Assembly: GCA_014905635.1 (NCBI GenBank)
Contig: JABVCE010000044.1
Span: 1-64,000, forward strand
Direction of reading: 5' to 3'
Origin: Scenedesmus sp. PABB004
Lineage: Eukaryota
DNA length: 64,000 bases
A program made the position numbers and the translations under genes. Positions 20,802 to 33,505 of this stretch are shown piece after piece; the stretch's first letter is position 1, and the number at the start of each line of letters is the position of its first letter. Under the pieces are notes generated by a model. The model saw only the letters and a program-made list of their open reading frames with translations. It did not search any database and was not told where the DNA came from.

Positions 20802-22149
20802 GCGGCGCGTCGCGGTCGCGGCGCGGCGCGCCGGCGCGCCGCGCGGCGGCGGCGGCGGCAGCAGCAGCAGCAGCGACGAGGAGTCGGAGGAGGATGAGGT
20901 GGCGTCGGAGGGCAGCGAGCTGCGGCCGCACCGGGAGGTCCGCTTGCTTGTTGACGGCGGCCTGGCGGGGGGCGACGACGACGAGGACGGCGGCAGCGGC
21001 GGCAGCAGCAGCAGCGACTTTTACGAGAGCAGCAGCGACGAGGGCGGCAGCGGCAGCGGCAGCGACACGGACGAGAGCGGCGGCAGCGGCGCGGACGGCG
21101 CCGAGGGCGGCGCCGAGGGCGGCCGGCGCAAGCGGCGCCGCGCGGCCCGGCGCGCCGCGGCGGCCGCGGCGGCTGCCGAGGCGGCGGCCGCGGCCGCGGC
21201 GTACCGCCGCACCGACGCGAGCGGCGCGCCCGCGCCGCTCGCGCCGCACCTGGCCACGCTGTCGCTGCTGCCGCGCGCCCAGGTGGGGCCCGCGTGGCGG
21301 GGGGGGGGGGGGGACGGCGCTGCCGGCCGCCGCCGGGCCGCGCGCGCGCCGCTCACGCACGGCAGCGCCTGCGTTCGCCGCCCACGCGCGCCCCGTCCGC
21401 CGCCTGCCCGCTGCCCGCGGCCCAGTGGGAGAACCTGCTGCACCTGGACACAATCAAGGCCCGCAGCAAGCCCCTGCAGCCGCCCAAGAAGCCCGAGGCC
21501 GCGCCCTTCTTCCTGCCCACCGTGCCGGGCCTCGCGGGGCAGCCGACCTTTGCGGCCGGCGGCGGCGGCGAGCAGGAGGCGGAGCGCGGCGGCGGCAGCG
21601 GCAGCCGCGTGCTGCGCGCGCGCGACGGCGCGTCGGCCGCCGCCGCGGCGAGTCCGTTCGTTGCGCTGCTGCGCGCGTGCGGCGCCGCGGGCGACTACGC
21701 CTCGTTCGTCGCGCACGTGCGCGGGCTGACCCCCGCGGCGGTGGACCGCGAGCTGCGGGCCATGGCCGTCCTCGAGGGCGCGGCGGGCGACGCCGACCAG
21801 GAGGTGCGCGGTGCCCCGCGCGCGGCGCGCCGCCGGCCGCAGCGCGCCGCCGGCCCCAGCAGCGCGCGCCGACCGACGGGCCGACCCCGCGCTGCCGCAG
21901 GTCGCCGACGTGGGGCTGCTGCTCGACGCGCTGGGCGCGGAGCTCGACGCGGGGCGCAACTTTGACCTGGCGCAGGCGCTGCTGTCGTGCGCGCTCGTGG
22001 TGCACGCCGAAGCGCTAACGCGCCACGCGCCACTGCTCGACGCGGCGACGCGCCTCGGCCGCAAGCTGCGCGCGACGTGGCTGCGGCTCGAGGGGCTGCT
22101 GCAGAGCGTGCGCTGCATGGCCGACTTTGTGGGCAACGTGCAGGGCTGA
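17197..22149 (+). CDS. UTP21: WD40-repeat U3 snoRNP protein WDR36/Utp21
   Basis: Starts LFKPFRALGYITEDVPF; contains HPDTYINKVVVG, MSSAADNSIKQW, PRLLKFRSGHSAPP, FRVFSTIQDQQSRELSQ and the Utp21 C-domain QWENLLHLDTIKARSKP..PPKKPEAAPFFLP. Confidence 0.93.
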
Positions 22150-22211
22150 GCGCCGCCGCGCGGCGTTGCGGAGAGGGCGGCGGCGGCGGCCGAGGGCTGC
22201 GGCCGGCGGGC

Positions 22212-22216
22212 TGTAA
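22212..22216 (+). terminator. Putative TGTAA polyadenylation signal of WDR36/Utp21
   Basis: TGTAA about 60 nt after the stop at 22149. Confidence 0.6.
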
Positions 22217-22553
22217 CCGCGCGCGCGCGCGAGGCGGCGGCGGGATGCAGGGCGCCGACCACACACTTACCCGCTCACACACACACACTCACGCAACGCC
22301 CCCCTGTACGCGCACACGCATCGGCGGCGGCGCCCCAACCCCGGCCCGTCCCCCGTCTCACAACACACTGTGCTGCACAGTGTGTGTTGTGATCAGGCCT
22401 AGGGGCGATGCGTGTACAGCCGCGCAGGTCGCCCCCACCGCCAGCCCAGTGCCTGGCCCGCCCGGTCCGCCCCGCACCGCCCCGCGGCGGCGCCGCGCGC
22501 GCATCGCTGCGCGTCGGCCGCCGCCGCGCGCGCGCCCCCTCGGCGCGCCGCGC

Positions 22554-23154
22554 TCAGCACAGGCTCTCCAGGCGGCGCTGCTTGGTCGCGGCGAGCGCCT
22601 TGCGCAGCTGTCGGCCGAGCGCGGCGGCGAGTGGCGGCGGCACCGCGTTGCCGACCTGCCTGTGGCGGTTGTGGACGTTGCCGCTGAAGTAAAAGTGGTC
22701 CGGGAAGCCCTGCGGGGTTGAGGGGGGTTGCAGGGTTCAGGGTTTAGGCGCGCGGCAAAAGCCCAACACGCGCGCGCGGGGAGGGCGCGGGCCGCGGGCG
22801 GCGCGCGCGCTCTTTCCGCCTTCGCGCGCGCGCCCGCGCCCTCCTCGCCGCCGCCCGCCTGTCCCTCTCTCTCTCTCTCTCTCACCTGGGAGCGCGCGCA
22901 CTCGCGCACCGACACAATGCGGTCCTGGTTGGGGTGGAACACCTGGCCCACCTTGCCCATGGGCTGCGGGTCGGTCGTGGAGGTGGGGAAGTGGCCGGCC
23001 AGGTCGAGGCGGCCAAACAGCCCGCGCCAGCCGTTGTGGCGGTCCGCCGTGTTGGGCAGGCACCAGGGCACGAGGGGCTGGCCCTGCGGCGTCGCGCGGC
23101 GTGCGCAGCGGCGGCGGCGGCGCGGGGCGGGGGTCGGCACGCGCGCGCGCTCAG

Positions 23155-23186
<32 letters not shown>

Positions 23187-26100
23187 CTGCAGCGTTTGAA
23201 CGTGGCGTTGTTCAAACGCGTGCTGTGGCGTTTGAACGCGGCGGCTGTGGCGGCGCGGGGCTCACGTTGAACTTCTCGCGCGAGGGGTCGTTCTTGACAA
23301 TCTCCAGCAGCACGCGCCAGTCGGCGCCCGGCGTCTCCTTGGGGATGCACCTGCGCGGCGCGGCGGCGGGGCGGGCGCGCCAGCCGTGAGCGCCGGCCGC
23401 GCCTCCCCACGACCCGCAGCCCCTCGCCGCAGCCCCGCGCCGCCGCCCCGCGCCGCAGGCCCTCGCCGCCGCCCCGCGCCGCAGCCCCTGGCAGCCGCGC
23501 GCCGCCCCCCCCCCCTCGCCGCAGCCGCTGGCAGCCGCGCGCCGCCGCCCCGGGCGTCGCCGCGCCTGCAGCGCTCCAGGTTGAGCGGGTTCATCTCCTT
23601 GCTAATGTGGTCGCGCAGCGCCGTGGCCTTGCCGCGCATGGACCGCTGGTACGCCGACACGGGCGGGCCGTCGTAGGCCATGGAGTCCCTGGGAGGGAGG
23701 GAGGGGCGGAGGGAGGGGCGGAGGGAGGGGCGGAAGGAGGGGGCGGAGGGAGGGAGGGGGCGGAGGTTGGTGAGCGCGGGAGGGGGGCGACGGCGACGAG
23801 CGCGGCGCCGGGCTGGGGCGGGGCGGCGGGCGCGGCGCAGCGGCGGCGGCGGCGGGCGCGGCGCAGCGGCGGCGGCGGCGGCGCGCGCACTGGTCGTGGC
23901 CGTTGGGGATGGCCGGCAGGTCGCCGATGGCGTCGCGCACAGTCACCTGGGCGCGGCGCGGGGCGCGGCGCGGCGCGCGGCGGGCAGCGGCGTGGGCGAC
24001 ATGGGCGGCGGTGCGCCGCGCACGCGCGGGGCGGGGCGGCGCAAGCGACGCGTAGCACGGCGCGGCGCGGGGGCTCCCACCGTGCGCAGCGGCGCGCCGG
24101 GCGTGCGCGTGTCGACGGCGCAGTACTGCACGCCGCCGGGGAGGTTGACCGTGAGCTGCGGCGTCCTGCGGGGGCGCGGGGGGGGGGGGGGGGGGGGACG
24201 GGCGGCCCCGGGCGGCCCGGGCGCGTCAGCACACGCGGGCGCAGGCGGCGCGTGCGTGCGCGGGGTTACGGGTTTAGGCCCGCCGCACCTGAAGACGTGC
24301 ATGGGCTTGGGCCAGTCGGGCAGCGCCTCGTCGGGCGCGGCGGCCCAGATGAAGGTGCGCTTGCGGCTCTGCGGCACGCCGTAGTTGCCCGCGTTCAGCA
24401 CGCCAAAGCGGACCTGGGGGTTGGTGGTGTCGACCGGGGCGGCGGCGGCGGGTGGCGAGGTCAGCGCAGGCAGGGGGCGCGGCGACGCGGCGCCGGCCTC
24501 CCGAGCGCCGCGCGCGCGCGCGCAGGGCGGCGGCCGCCCCGCCCAGGCAGCGGCGCGGCGCTGCACGCGCCTGGTAGCCCATCTCGAGCAGGGTGCGCAG
24601 GGTGAGGCGGAAGGTGAAGCTCTTGTTGTGGCTCACAAAGTTCCGCACGTTCTCCAGCAGGAAGTAGCGGGGGCGGTAAAAGTCGGCGTAGGAGAGGTAG
24701 CTCATGACCTGGCGGGGCAGGGTTTAGGGGTTGCGGGGTTTAGGGGTTTGGGGTTGAGGGATCACGGCGGGGCGGCGGCGGCAGGGGAGTTTCAGCAGGC
24801 GTTCAGCAGGCGCTCGGGGGGCGGGGTTGGGAGGGAGCGGGGCGGCCGGGCGGCGGCGAGAGCGGGCAGGCGGGGCGGGGCGCGAGGAGGGGGGCGTGGC
24901 GCGAGGAGGAAGGGGGCACACGGGCGTCGCGCGGCGCCGCACCATGCTGTTCTGCACCATCGACCAGTTGCCCTTGTTGAAGCGGTTCATGCCAGAGTAG
25001 CCCTGTGTGGCAGGGAGGGAGGGAGAGTGGGTGAGAGTGCGTGTGTGTGTGTGAGAGAGTGCGTAAGAGTGGGGTGCGACAGGGGGCGGCCAGTGCAGGT
25101 GCGTGACGCGCCCGCGGCGCCGCGCTGGGGCTGCGCGCGCCCGCCGTGCCCAGCGACCCCGGCGGCGCAGCAGCCGCAGCCCCCAGCGGGGCGCGCGCGC
25201 ACCTGGCAGGGCGGGCCGCCCATGATGAACTCCACCTCGCCCGGCAGCGGCAGCGCGGCGACGTCCTCCGCGCTGAGCTTGTCGGCCAGGTCGCGCGCGT
25301 CCTCGCACGCGGTGCAGTCCTTGTCGAGGCCAGCCTTCTTCATCGCCGCCTGCGGGAAGGCGCGGCGGCGGCGCGGCGCGGCGCGGGCCTCGGCGCGGGC
25401 GGGGAGGCGCGGGGCGGCCAGGTGCCGCGCGCAGGCAGCGCGCGGCAGGCGCAAGCAGCGGGCAGCCGGCGTGCGGGCGCGCGCGGACGCGGGCGGGCGG
25501 GCGCACGCACCACGAGCAGGACGTTGCAGTTGTTGCAGAACACCGCGGCGTCGGGGTTGTTGAGCTTGAACGCGTCGGCCGCCGGCTGCTCGTATTCGAT
25601 CGCCCACCGGCTCACCGCCACGCCCGCCTGCGGCGCGGCCGGGCGGCGGCGCGGCCGTGGGCGGCGAGGCGGCCGGGGCGGGCGCGGCGGCGGGGCCGGG
25701 TGCGCGCGCGCAGCCGCGCGCCGCCGCCGCCGCCGCCGCCGCGAGCGTGCAAACCTGGTGCATGCCCTCGCTGAGGCCGCCGCAGCCGGCAAAGATGTCC
25801 ATCGAGGCCATGGCCAGGCTGTCGTCCTCCTCCTCGGCCGCCGCGGACGCGCCCGCGGCCGCCGCAAACTCGGCCGGCGCGGCGCCCGTCTCCTTGGTCG
25901 CGGCGTTGAAGCTGCCGACCACGTCAAACACGTCCAGACCGTCCACGCCTGCGGGGCGGGGCAGGGGGAGGCGCGCGCGCGGTCGGGCGCGGGCGGCGCC
26001 GGCAGCAGCATGCCCCCGCGCGCGCGCGCGAGAGGCGGGGGCGGGGGCGGCGGCGGCGGTGGCATCCCACCGCGCGCGGCGCGCGGCGCGCGGCGCGCGG

Positions 26101-29100
26101 CGCGCGGCGCGCGGCGCGTGCGCACAGCACGTACCCTCGGGGCGCGGCGCGCCGGGCGCCTTGGCGGCGCACTTGCGCATGACCACGTCGAGGTCCAGCC
26201 ACGCCTCGGCCTCGGCCTCCGCCGCCGCGGCGGCCTTGGCCTCGGCGGCCGCGGCCTTGGCGCCCTTGCCCTTGGAGGCGCCGGCCTTGGCCTTGGCCGC
26301 CTCGGCGGGGGCGTAAATGTCCCAGTAGCCGGCAGCGTACGCGGCGTCGGCGCTGACGTCCTCGGGGCGGTAGAAGCGCTGCAGCTTGATGCGCGACGGC
26401 ACGCCCGCCTGGCCGCCGCGGCGGCGCGCCGGCGCGTGAGCAGGCAGCGCGCGCGGCCGGCGGCGGGCGCCCAGCCAGCTGCCGGCCGGGCGGCGCGGCG
26501 GCGGCGGGGGGCGCGCGCGCGCGCACCTTGGCGTCCTTGCCCTTGCCGCGCGCGCCGCTGCCGGCGGGCGCCTCCTTGACCTCGACCAGGCGCCCGATGC
26601 CCCACGCGCGCAGCCCCGCGGTGCTGCCCTTGTGGAAGCGGCTCTTCTTGTTCACATACGCCGGCAGGTCGCTCTGCGGCCACGTATGGCACGCGCGGGC
26701 GCGGCGGCGCGGTGAGCCGGTCAGCCAGTCAGTTGGTTGGACTGACTGGCACGGGAGGCGGCCGGGGAGGCCGGGGAGGGGCAGACAGCACGCGGCGCTG
26801 GACAGTGCAGCACGTCCCCGCCCGCGTCCCCGCGCGCGCCCGCACCTTGGCCTCCTCCTTCTTGGCCTCCGCCTCGGCCTCCTCCGCGTCGTCGTCCTCG
26901 CTGTCGCTGCCCGCCTCGGTGGGCGCGGGGTCAAACGCGTCGGGCGCGACGTACATGAAGTCACCGACCCTGGCAGGGTTGGCAGGGTTCAGGGACGGGG
27001 CGGGGCGCGGGGTTTAGGGTTTGAGCGTGCAGCGTGATGGCGCGCCGTGCGCCGCCGGGCCCTGGGCGGGGCGCGCACTTGTACTCCACGCCGGCCTTGA
27101 TGAAGCCGCCGCCGGGCAGCAGGCCGAGCGCGACCGGCTCGGGCGGCGCCTCGCGGTACTGGCCCACGCCCAGGTCTGGCGCGGCGGGCGCGGCGCGGCG
27201 GGCGGGTGACGCGCGCGGCGCGCGGCGGCTAGGGCGCGCAGCCCACGCAGCAAGTACGGCACGCGCGCGGCGCAGGGGCTGCGCGCGGCGCGCGTGGGGC
27301 TCACCCGCGGGCGCGGCGGCAAACATGCCCTGCTGGGGGAGGTAGAGGTGGCGGTAGAAGTACTCCAGCGGCTTGCCTGCGGACACGTGGGCGGGGCGGT
27401 GTGCAGGGTTTAGCGTCAGCGTGCGTGGGTGTGCGTGTGGGTGCGTGTTGTAGGAGCGGGAGGGCGGCAGGCGCGCACGGCCGCGTCGCCGCGATGCCGC
27501 GGCGCCGCACCCGCCGCCTTGGCGGCCGCGTTGCGCTTGCGCAGGGCCTCGTCCTCGACAAACTGCCGCCCGCGCGCGTCGGGGTCAAACTCGCGCTCCA
27601 GGCGGCTCGCGGCCGCGAGGCCGGCAATCTCAGGGAGCAGCACGTCCTCATAGCCCTCAGTCAGGAAGAGCTCCGCCTCGGCCGCGGCGTCGCCGAGCAC
27701 CGTGTCGGCGCCGGGCACGAGCAGGCGCACCTGCGCGGGTTGAGGGGGAGCGGGCGGGCGCGGCGGCGCGTGGGCCGGCGAGGGGGGCGGGCGCGGGCGC
27801 GGCAGGGACGGTGCGTGCGGCAGGCCGGGGCCGGGGCCGGGGCAGGGCGCGGGCGCAGGTGCAACGCCGCGCCCACCTGCGCCATCTGGTCGCCGTCGTC
27901 GTCCTCCCAGAGGCACTGCACGAGGCCAAACACGTGCCCCGGCGCCGCCGCGTCGGCGCCCTCCTCCTCGCCCTCCGCCTCGGCCTCCAGCAGCACGACC
28001 TGCCGGCGCGGCGCGGGCGGCGTCGGCGCGCGGCGCGGGCGCCGCGCGGCGGGGCCAGCGGCGCGAGGTGCGCGCAGGCAGGCGGCACGAGGTGCGCGTG
28101 CAGCTGCACGCGCGCGCGCGCACGCCAGGGCGCGCACCTTGCCGGGCTCCACCTTCCAGCTGCCCACGTTGGCGGCGGCGTACACGCTGCGGCCGGCCGC
28201 GTCCTCGGTCGCCGAGCCCACCCACGTGACCTTGAGCGGGCCGGCGGCCTTGGCCTTGGCGGCGGGCGCCTTCTTGGCGTCGCCGCCCTTGGCCTTGGCG
28301 GCGGCCTTGGCCTTGGCGGCCTTGCCCTTGCCCGCGAGCGCGTCCTCCTGCGCGTCCGCCTCCTCCTCCGCGTCCTCCGCCAGCGGGTCGTCCTCCACCT
28401 CCTGCGCCACGCCCTCGGCTGCGTGGCGGCGGGGACGGCGGCGGCGGCGGGCACGGGTCGGCGGGCGCAGAGCGGCGCGGGCGCAGGGCCCGCGAGAGAG
28501 CGAGAGCGCCGCGCGCGCAGAGAGCAGGGCGCGGGGCGCGGGCGCGCACCCGGCGCGGCGTTCTCCTTGTCGGCCTCGGCCGCGCGCGCGGCCTCCTCCT
28601 CGGTGGCCTCCATCGCGTAAAAGTAGTTCTGCCACACCGAGCGCACCATGGTCGTCGCGGTCGCGGGCATCGGCTTGGGCCGGCCGCCGCCGCCGGCGCG
28701 GTCCTGGTGCGCGGGCGAGGCGGGCGCGCGCGTGTGGGCGGGGGCCGGGCGCAGTGAGCACGTCGCACGCGCGGGCCGCGGGCGCCCGGGGGTGCGTGGG
28801 TGAGCGGGCGGGCGGGGCTGCCACACCTTCATGGGGTTGCGGTTGACGCCGCGCGGCGCCTTGCTGAAGCCGCGCTTGCTGTAGAAGAGCTGCAGCGCAG
28901 CGCGGCGCCGGCGCGGGCGGCGTGAGCGGACGCGCCGGCGCGGCGCGGGCGCGACACGGCAGCTGCGCGCGCGCGGGGCGCCGCGGCCGCCGCCCAAACG
29001 CTACCCGCACCTTGGAGTGCTTGCGCTCCTCCATCTTGGCGCGCAGCGCGCTCGCAAACGCGGAGCGCCCGACCGCGGGGTTGGGGTAGGCTGCGAGCTG

Positions 29101-32100
29101 GTTGACCAGGATCTGCCCGTGCACCACCAGGAAGCGCTCCACGCTCTCCGGCTGCGCGGCGCGGCGGCAGGGCGGGCGGCGGGGCGGCGTCGGCGGCGGC
29201 GGCGTGCAACCCGGCCTGGCGCACAAAGCAAACGCACGGTGCGCGACACGTGGCCGAGGCCCGGCTGCCGGCCGGCCGGCAGCAGGCGCACCCGCTTGGA
29301 GATGAAGGTCGGCGAGCCGCGCGGCGCCTCGGTGAGGGCCTTGACCACGTCGCCCCAGCTCAGCTTGCTCGCGCGCGAGGCGTTGGCGATGCTGTTGATC
29401 ACGCCCACCGCGACGCGCGCGGCCTTGAGCGGCACGCCGTACCACGGCGCGTAGCGCGGGTTGGGCCTGCGCGGCAGGCGGCGCGGCGGCGCGGCGGCAC
29501 GCCTCGGTGAGCGCGGCGCCGCACGCGCGGCGCGGCGCGGCGCCGTGCTGCCGCCGCGCGCCGCCCAGCAGCGGCAGCGGCAGCGGCCGCCGCGGTGGGT
29601 TGAACTAGGCCCTCAACCCTGGCGCACCTGCAGAGCTTGTACCAGGCCGCGTCGGTGCGGATGGAGATGAAGAGGCAGTCGGCGCTGAACTCCACGACCC
29701 ACTCGCGCACCTGCGGCCACGGCAGCGCCCGCACCCGCGCCAGCGTCAGCACGCGCGGCGGCGCGGCGCGCACGCTTCAAACCCTGAACCCTGAACCAGC
29801 CCCCCTCCCCGCTAAACCCTAGTGGTGTGTGCCGCGCCTGGCTGAGGTAGAGGCGCATGCCGCCCTCGGCCACGGGGTCGGGCCCCGCCTCCACCGCGAC
29901 GTCGGCCGCCGCGCCGACGCCGGCGGCCGGCTCGTCCGCAGCGGCGGCCTCGGCCGCGGCGGCAGAGCCCGAGCCGCCGGCCGACGAGGAGCCGCCCGCG
30001 GCGGCGGCGGCGGCCGAGCCGCCCGCGGACGAGGAGCCGCCCGCGGCCTTGCCCTTGGCGGCGCCCGCCTCGGCGGCGCCGTGCGCGAGCGCGAGCGGCT
30101 GGCCGCCGGTGCCCCAGTCGCCCTCGTCGTCCTTGACGATGCCAGAGGCAAAGAGCTCGACGTCGGGGTCGACGCCGCTCCACATCGGCAGCAGCTCCAG
30201 CGAGGCAAAGAAGCCCTGCCGGGGAGCGGCACGGCGCGGCGCGCGCGGGCGTCAGGGAGAGACGGCGCGCGCGGCGGCGTGGCGCCTGCTCCTCCCAGGG
30301 CCAGCCAGGGGCCCGCCCGCGCCGGGTGGCGCGTTCCAACACAGAACGACTGACATCAACTGAGCAGCGTTTGAAAGCCATCATAACGCCCGTCATAACG
30401 CCCGCACACCTCGGCGTTGTAGATGGAAAAGTCGGTCAGCAGGCGCTTGGGCAGCGCCTCGGGGTCGCAGTCGGCCATCTCCTCGTCCCACAGCACCAGC
30501 TCGTCCGTCTCCTCCACGCCCTCGGGCGCCTGCCGCGGCGGGCGTTGCGCGCGCGCGGGGCGGCGTCAGGCGGCAGCCAGCGGCAGGCGGCGCCGCGCGC
30601 AGGGCGGCGCGCGGCGAGCAGCACGGGGCGGCGAGCCGCGCGGCGCGCCTTGTACTGCTGCGGCGGCGGGTAGTCGTCCGCAATCTCTGCCTCGCTGATC
30701 TTGATGTACGCCTGCGCGCCGCCGGCGGCGCCGCCGCGGCCGCGGCCCCTGCGCGCGCGGAACGGGCGCAAGCATGCGGCGGCGGGTGAGCAGCGTGGCC
30801 GCGCGGCGGCTGCGGCGCAGCGCAGCCTGGCGGCGGCGCGGGGCGGGCCCAGCGCGCGCGCGCGCGGGCCCAGCGCGTGCAGCGCGCGCACTTGGCGTTG
30901 CCGGCCATGGTCTGGGCGTCCATCTTTGCCTGCAGGCGGCGCGCGAGCTCCTCGTCGGCGCGCACGACGGCGTCGCCCTCCTCGCCGCCCTTGGCCTGGG
31001 CCGCCGCGCCCTCGGCGCCGACGTCGCGGATGGTGATCGCGTTGCCGCTCACCAGCCCGACCTGCACGGGGCCCTTGGCCAGCTGCGGGCGCGGGGCGCG
31101 GGGCGCAAGGCGCGGGCGCGTCAGGGTGCGGGCGCGTCAGGGTGCGGGCGCGTCAGGGCGCGGCCGCGTCAGGGCGCGTCAGCGGCGCCCGGCCGCGGGC
31201 CAGCCCAGCGCGGCGGCGCGGCGCGGCGCACCTCGGCCTTGAGCTCCGCCACAAACGGCCCGGAGCCAAAGCTCGCGGCGCCCTTGCCCTTGGCAGAGGC
31301 GCCGCCCGCGCGGCGGGCCTCGTGCGCGGCGAGCTGCGCGAGCACAAAGGCGCCGTTGAGCAGCAGCGCCTCGCGCGCGGTCGCGTAGCCCTTGCCCGCC
31401 TTGGCGCGCGCGAGCTTGGCCACGACGGCGTCGAGCGACGCCGCCGCGCTGCCGCCGAGGTCGGGGTCCACCGCCTGGCGCGGCGGCGGCGGGGCGGGAG
31501 CGCTCGGTGCGGGGCGGGGCCCGCCCGGCAGCGCGCTCCACACACGTGTGCGCGCGCACGCTCGCGCGCCGGCGCCGCCTGGCGCACCTGCACGACGTGC
31601 CAGGCGAGCGTGGTCTGCTCGGTGAGGCTGGCAAAGAACTTGCGGTATGGCTGGGCCGGCTTGGAGAGCTTGTAGCTGCCCAGGCCAGTCACGGCCACGG
31701 GCGTGGGGCCTGCGCGGCGCGGCGCCGGCGCGGCGCGGGCGGCCGTCCGGTCAGCGACACGCGGGCGCGGCGCGGCGCGGCGGCGCGCGCAGCCCGGGCG
31801 GCGCGGGGCACGCCCTGCCCCGCCGCAGCGCGTGGGCGTGCGCGCACCGTCCTTGGCGTAGAGCACGTGCCACGAGGTCACGGGGCCAAACGGCTCCACC
31901 AGCAGCCGGCCGTCCGGCTTGTTGAGGGGGCCCTCGTCGGGGTAGATGGCGCCTGCGCCGGGCGGCGGCGGCAGGCGGCGGCAGCGGCAGGCGGCGGTCG
32001 CGCGTCGGGCGCGGCGTCGGCGCGCCGGCGGCGCGCGCGGTTCAGGCGCCGCACGGCGCAGCGGCGCGCGCGCGCGCGGGCGGGGGCGCACCCGTGATCT

Positions 32101-33215
32101 TGAGGGGGCCCTGCAGCAGGTCCATGCGGTCCAGCGGCTGCGCCTCGCCCGCGGCGTCCACGACGGTGAAGCGCACCAGCCTGCGGGGCCGGCGGGGCGC
32201 CGGGCGGCGGCCGTGGGCGGCGGCAGCGAGGCCCAGCGCGCGGCGCGGCGCGCGGCGGCCGCAGCGGGCCGGCGCGGGCGCGCGGCGCGCCGACGCACCT
32301 GCGCGTGGTGCCGGAGCGCGCGGTCTGGGTCTCCTTGAGCGCCTCGGCCTCGCCCGCGGCGCCGGGCTCCTCCGTGGCGGTGACCTTGTCCGACGGGCGC
32401 TCGCGGTCGCCCACGCCGCCGTCCTTGTACGACTTGACCGCCTGCGCCGCCTGGCGGCCCGAGCCGACCGCGCCGCGCGCGGGCGCGTCGCCCGCGGCGG
32501 CCTCGCCGTCGTCGCTGGCGGGCGCGTCCTCGTCCATCGACTCGGCGCCGTCGTCGTCGGCCGCCGCCTCCTCCTCGGCCTCGGAGTCGTCCGACGCGGC
32601 GGGCTTGGCGGCGCCCTTGCGGCGCTTGGGCGCCGGCGCGGCGGCGGGCTTGCCCGCGGCGGGCTTCTTGGCGCCGGCGGCCTTCTTGGCGGTGTCGCGC
32701 TTGGCCGCGTCCTTGGCCGCCGACGCGGGCGGCGCGGCGGGCTCGGCCTTGTCGTCGGCCTTGAGCCGCTTCTTGCCGCCGCTGTCCTTGTTGCCGTCCT
32801 TGGCCACGTCGGGCGAGGCCTGCCCGCGCTTGCGGCCTGGGCGGGGGCGCAGGGGCGGCGCGCGGGGCGCGTGGGCGTGCGGCGGCGCGGGCGCGCGGCA
32901 GCAGCGCCGGCCGTTCGAACGGCGCCGCGGCGCGCCGCCCGCGCGGCGGGGGGCCCACGCGCTCACCCTGCTTGTCCTCCGCGCCCTCAATGACCGCGGC
33001 CGCCTCCTTCCAGCTGCGCAGCTTCTTGCCTGCGCGGCGGGCGGCGGGAGGGGCGCCCTCATATAGGCGCGCGCCGGGCGCCCCGCGCCGCGCTGCGGGG
33101 CCGCGCCCGCACCGTCGGGCGCGACCCAGGTCTTCACGGTCCGCTTGCCCTGCTGCCTCTCCTCCACGGTGCCGCCGAGGGCCGTCCACGCGTCCATGTC
33201 GGCTGCCGAAGCCAT
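22554..33215 (-). CDS. MET1: DNA (cytosine-5)-methyltransferase MET1/DNMT1: MBD-like, RFTS, UIM-like, RFTS, two BAH and C5-MTase domains; more than 30 exons
   Basis: Motif [13 protein letters not shown]; catalytic [104 protein letters not shown] segments [18 protein letters not shown] and [29 protein letters not shown]. Start ATG 33215, stop TGA 22556-22554. Confidence 0.95.
31130..31182. repeat. Intronic tandem repeat GCGCGTCAGGGTGCGG (3-4 imperfect copies)
   Basis: Read directly in a MET1 intron. Confidence 0.75.
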
Positions 33216-33499
33216 GATGGCGGGCCTTGGTGCGCGCTGGGGAGCGCGAGGATGTGTGCTGGCACGCGGGGTCACGCGCGCATGTCCGGAGGGTCTGCAC
33301 GTCGCGGTGGGGGCGAGCGGCGCTGCGGCGCTGCGGCGCGCGACCGGCCCGAACTTGCGGGCGGCAGTGGCGCGGCGTGCGGGCGCGGGCGACTGCGGGC
33401 AGCGGCCGCGTCCGGTGAGGCAGAGCTCCGGTCAGTCCCCTGTGCGGCGCGGGGGGCGGAGGGGGCCTATCAAGGCGGCGCCGGTCGCGAGCGCGCGGA

Positions 33500-33505
33500 T
33501 TTGAA
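33500..33505. promoter_or_regulatory. CHR-like TTTGAA element upstream of MET1
   Basis: Exact TTTGAA about 285 nt upstream of the ATG; function is inferred. Confidence 0.35.

Noticed and set aside
22554..33215. Methyltransferase as viral, transposon-borne or restriction-modification type
   Set aside because: Intron-rich host-type gene with RFTS and BAH domains; no transposase, RT, integrase or nuclease nearby.
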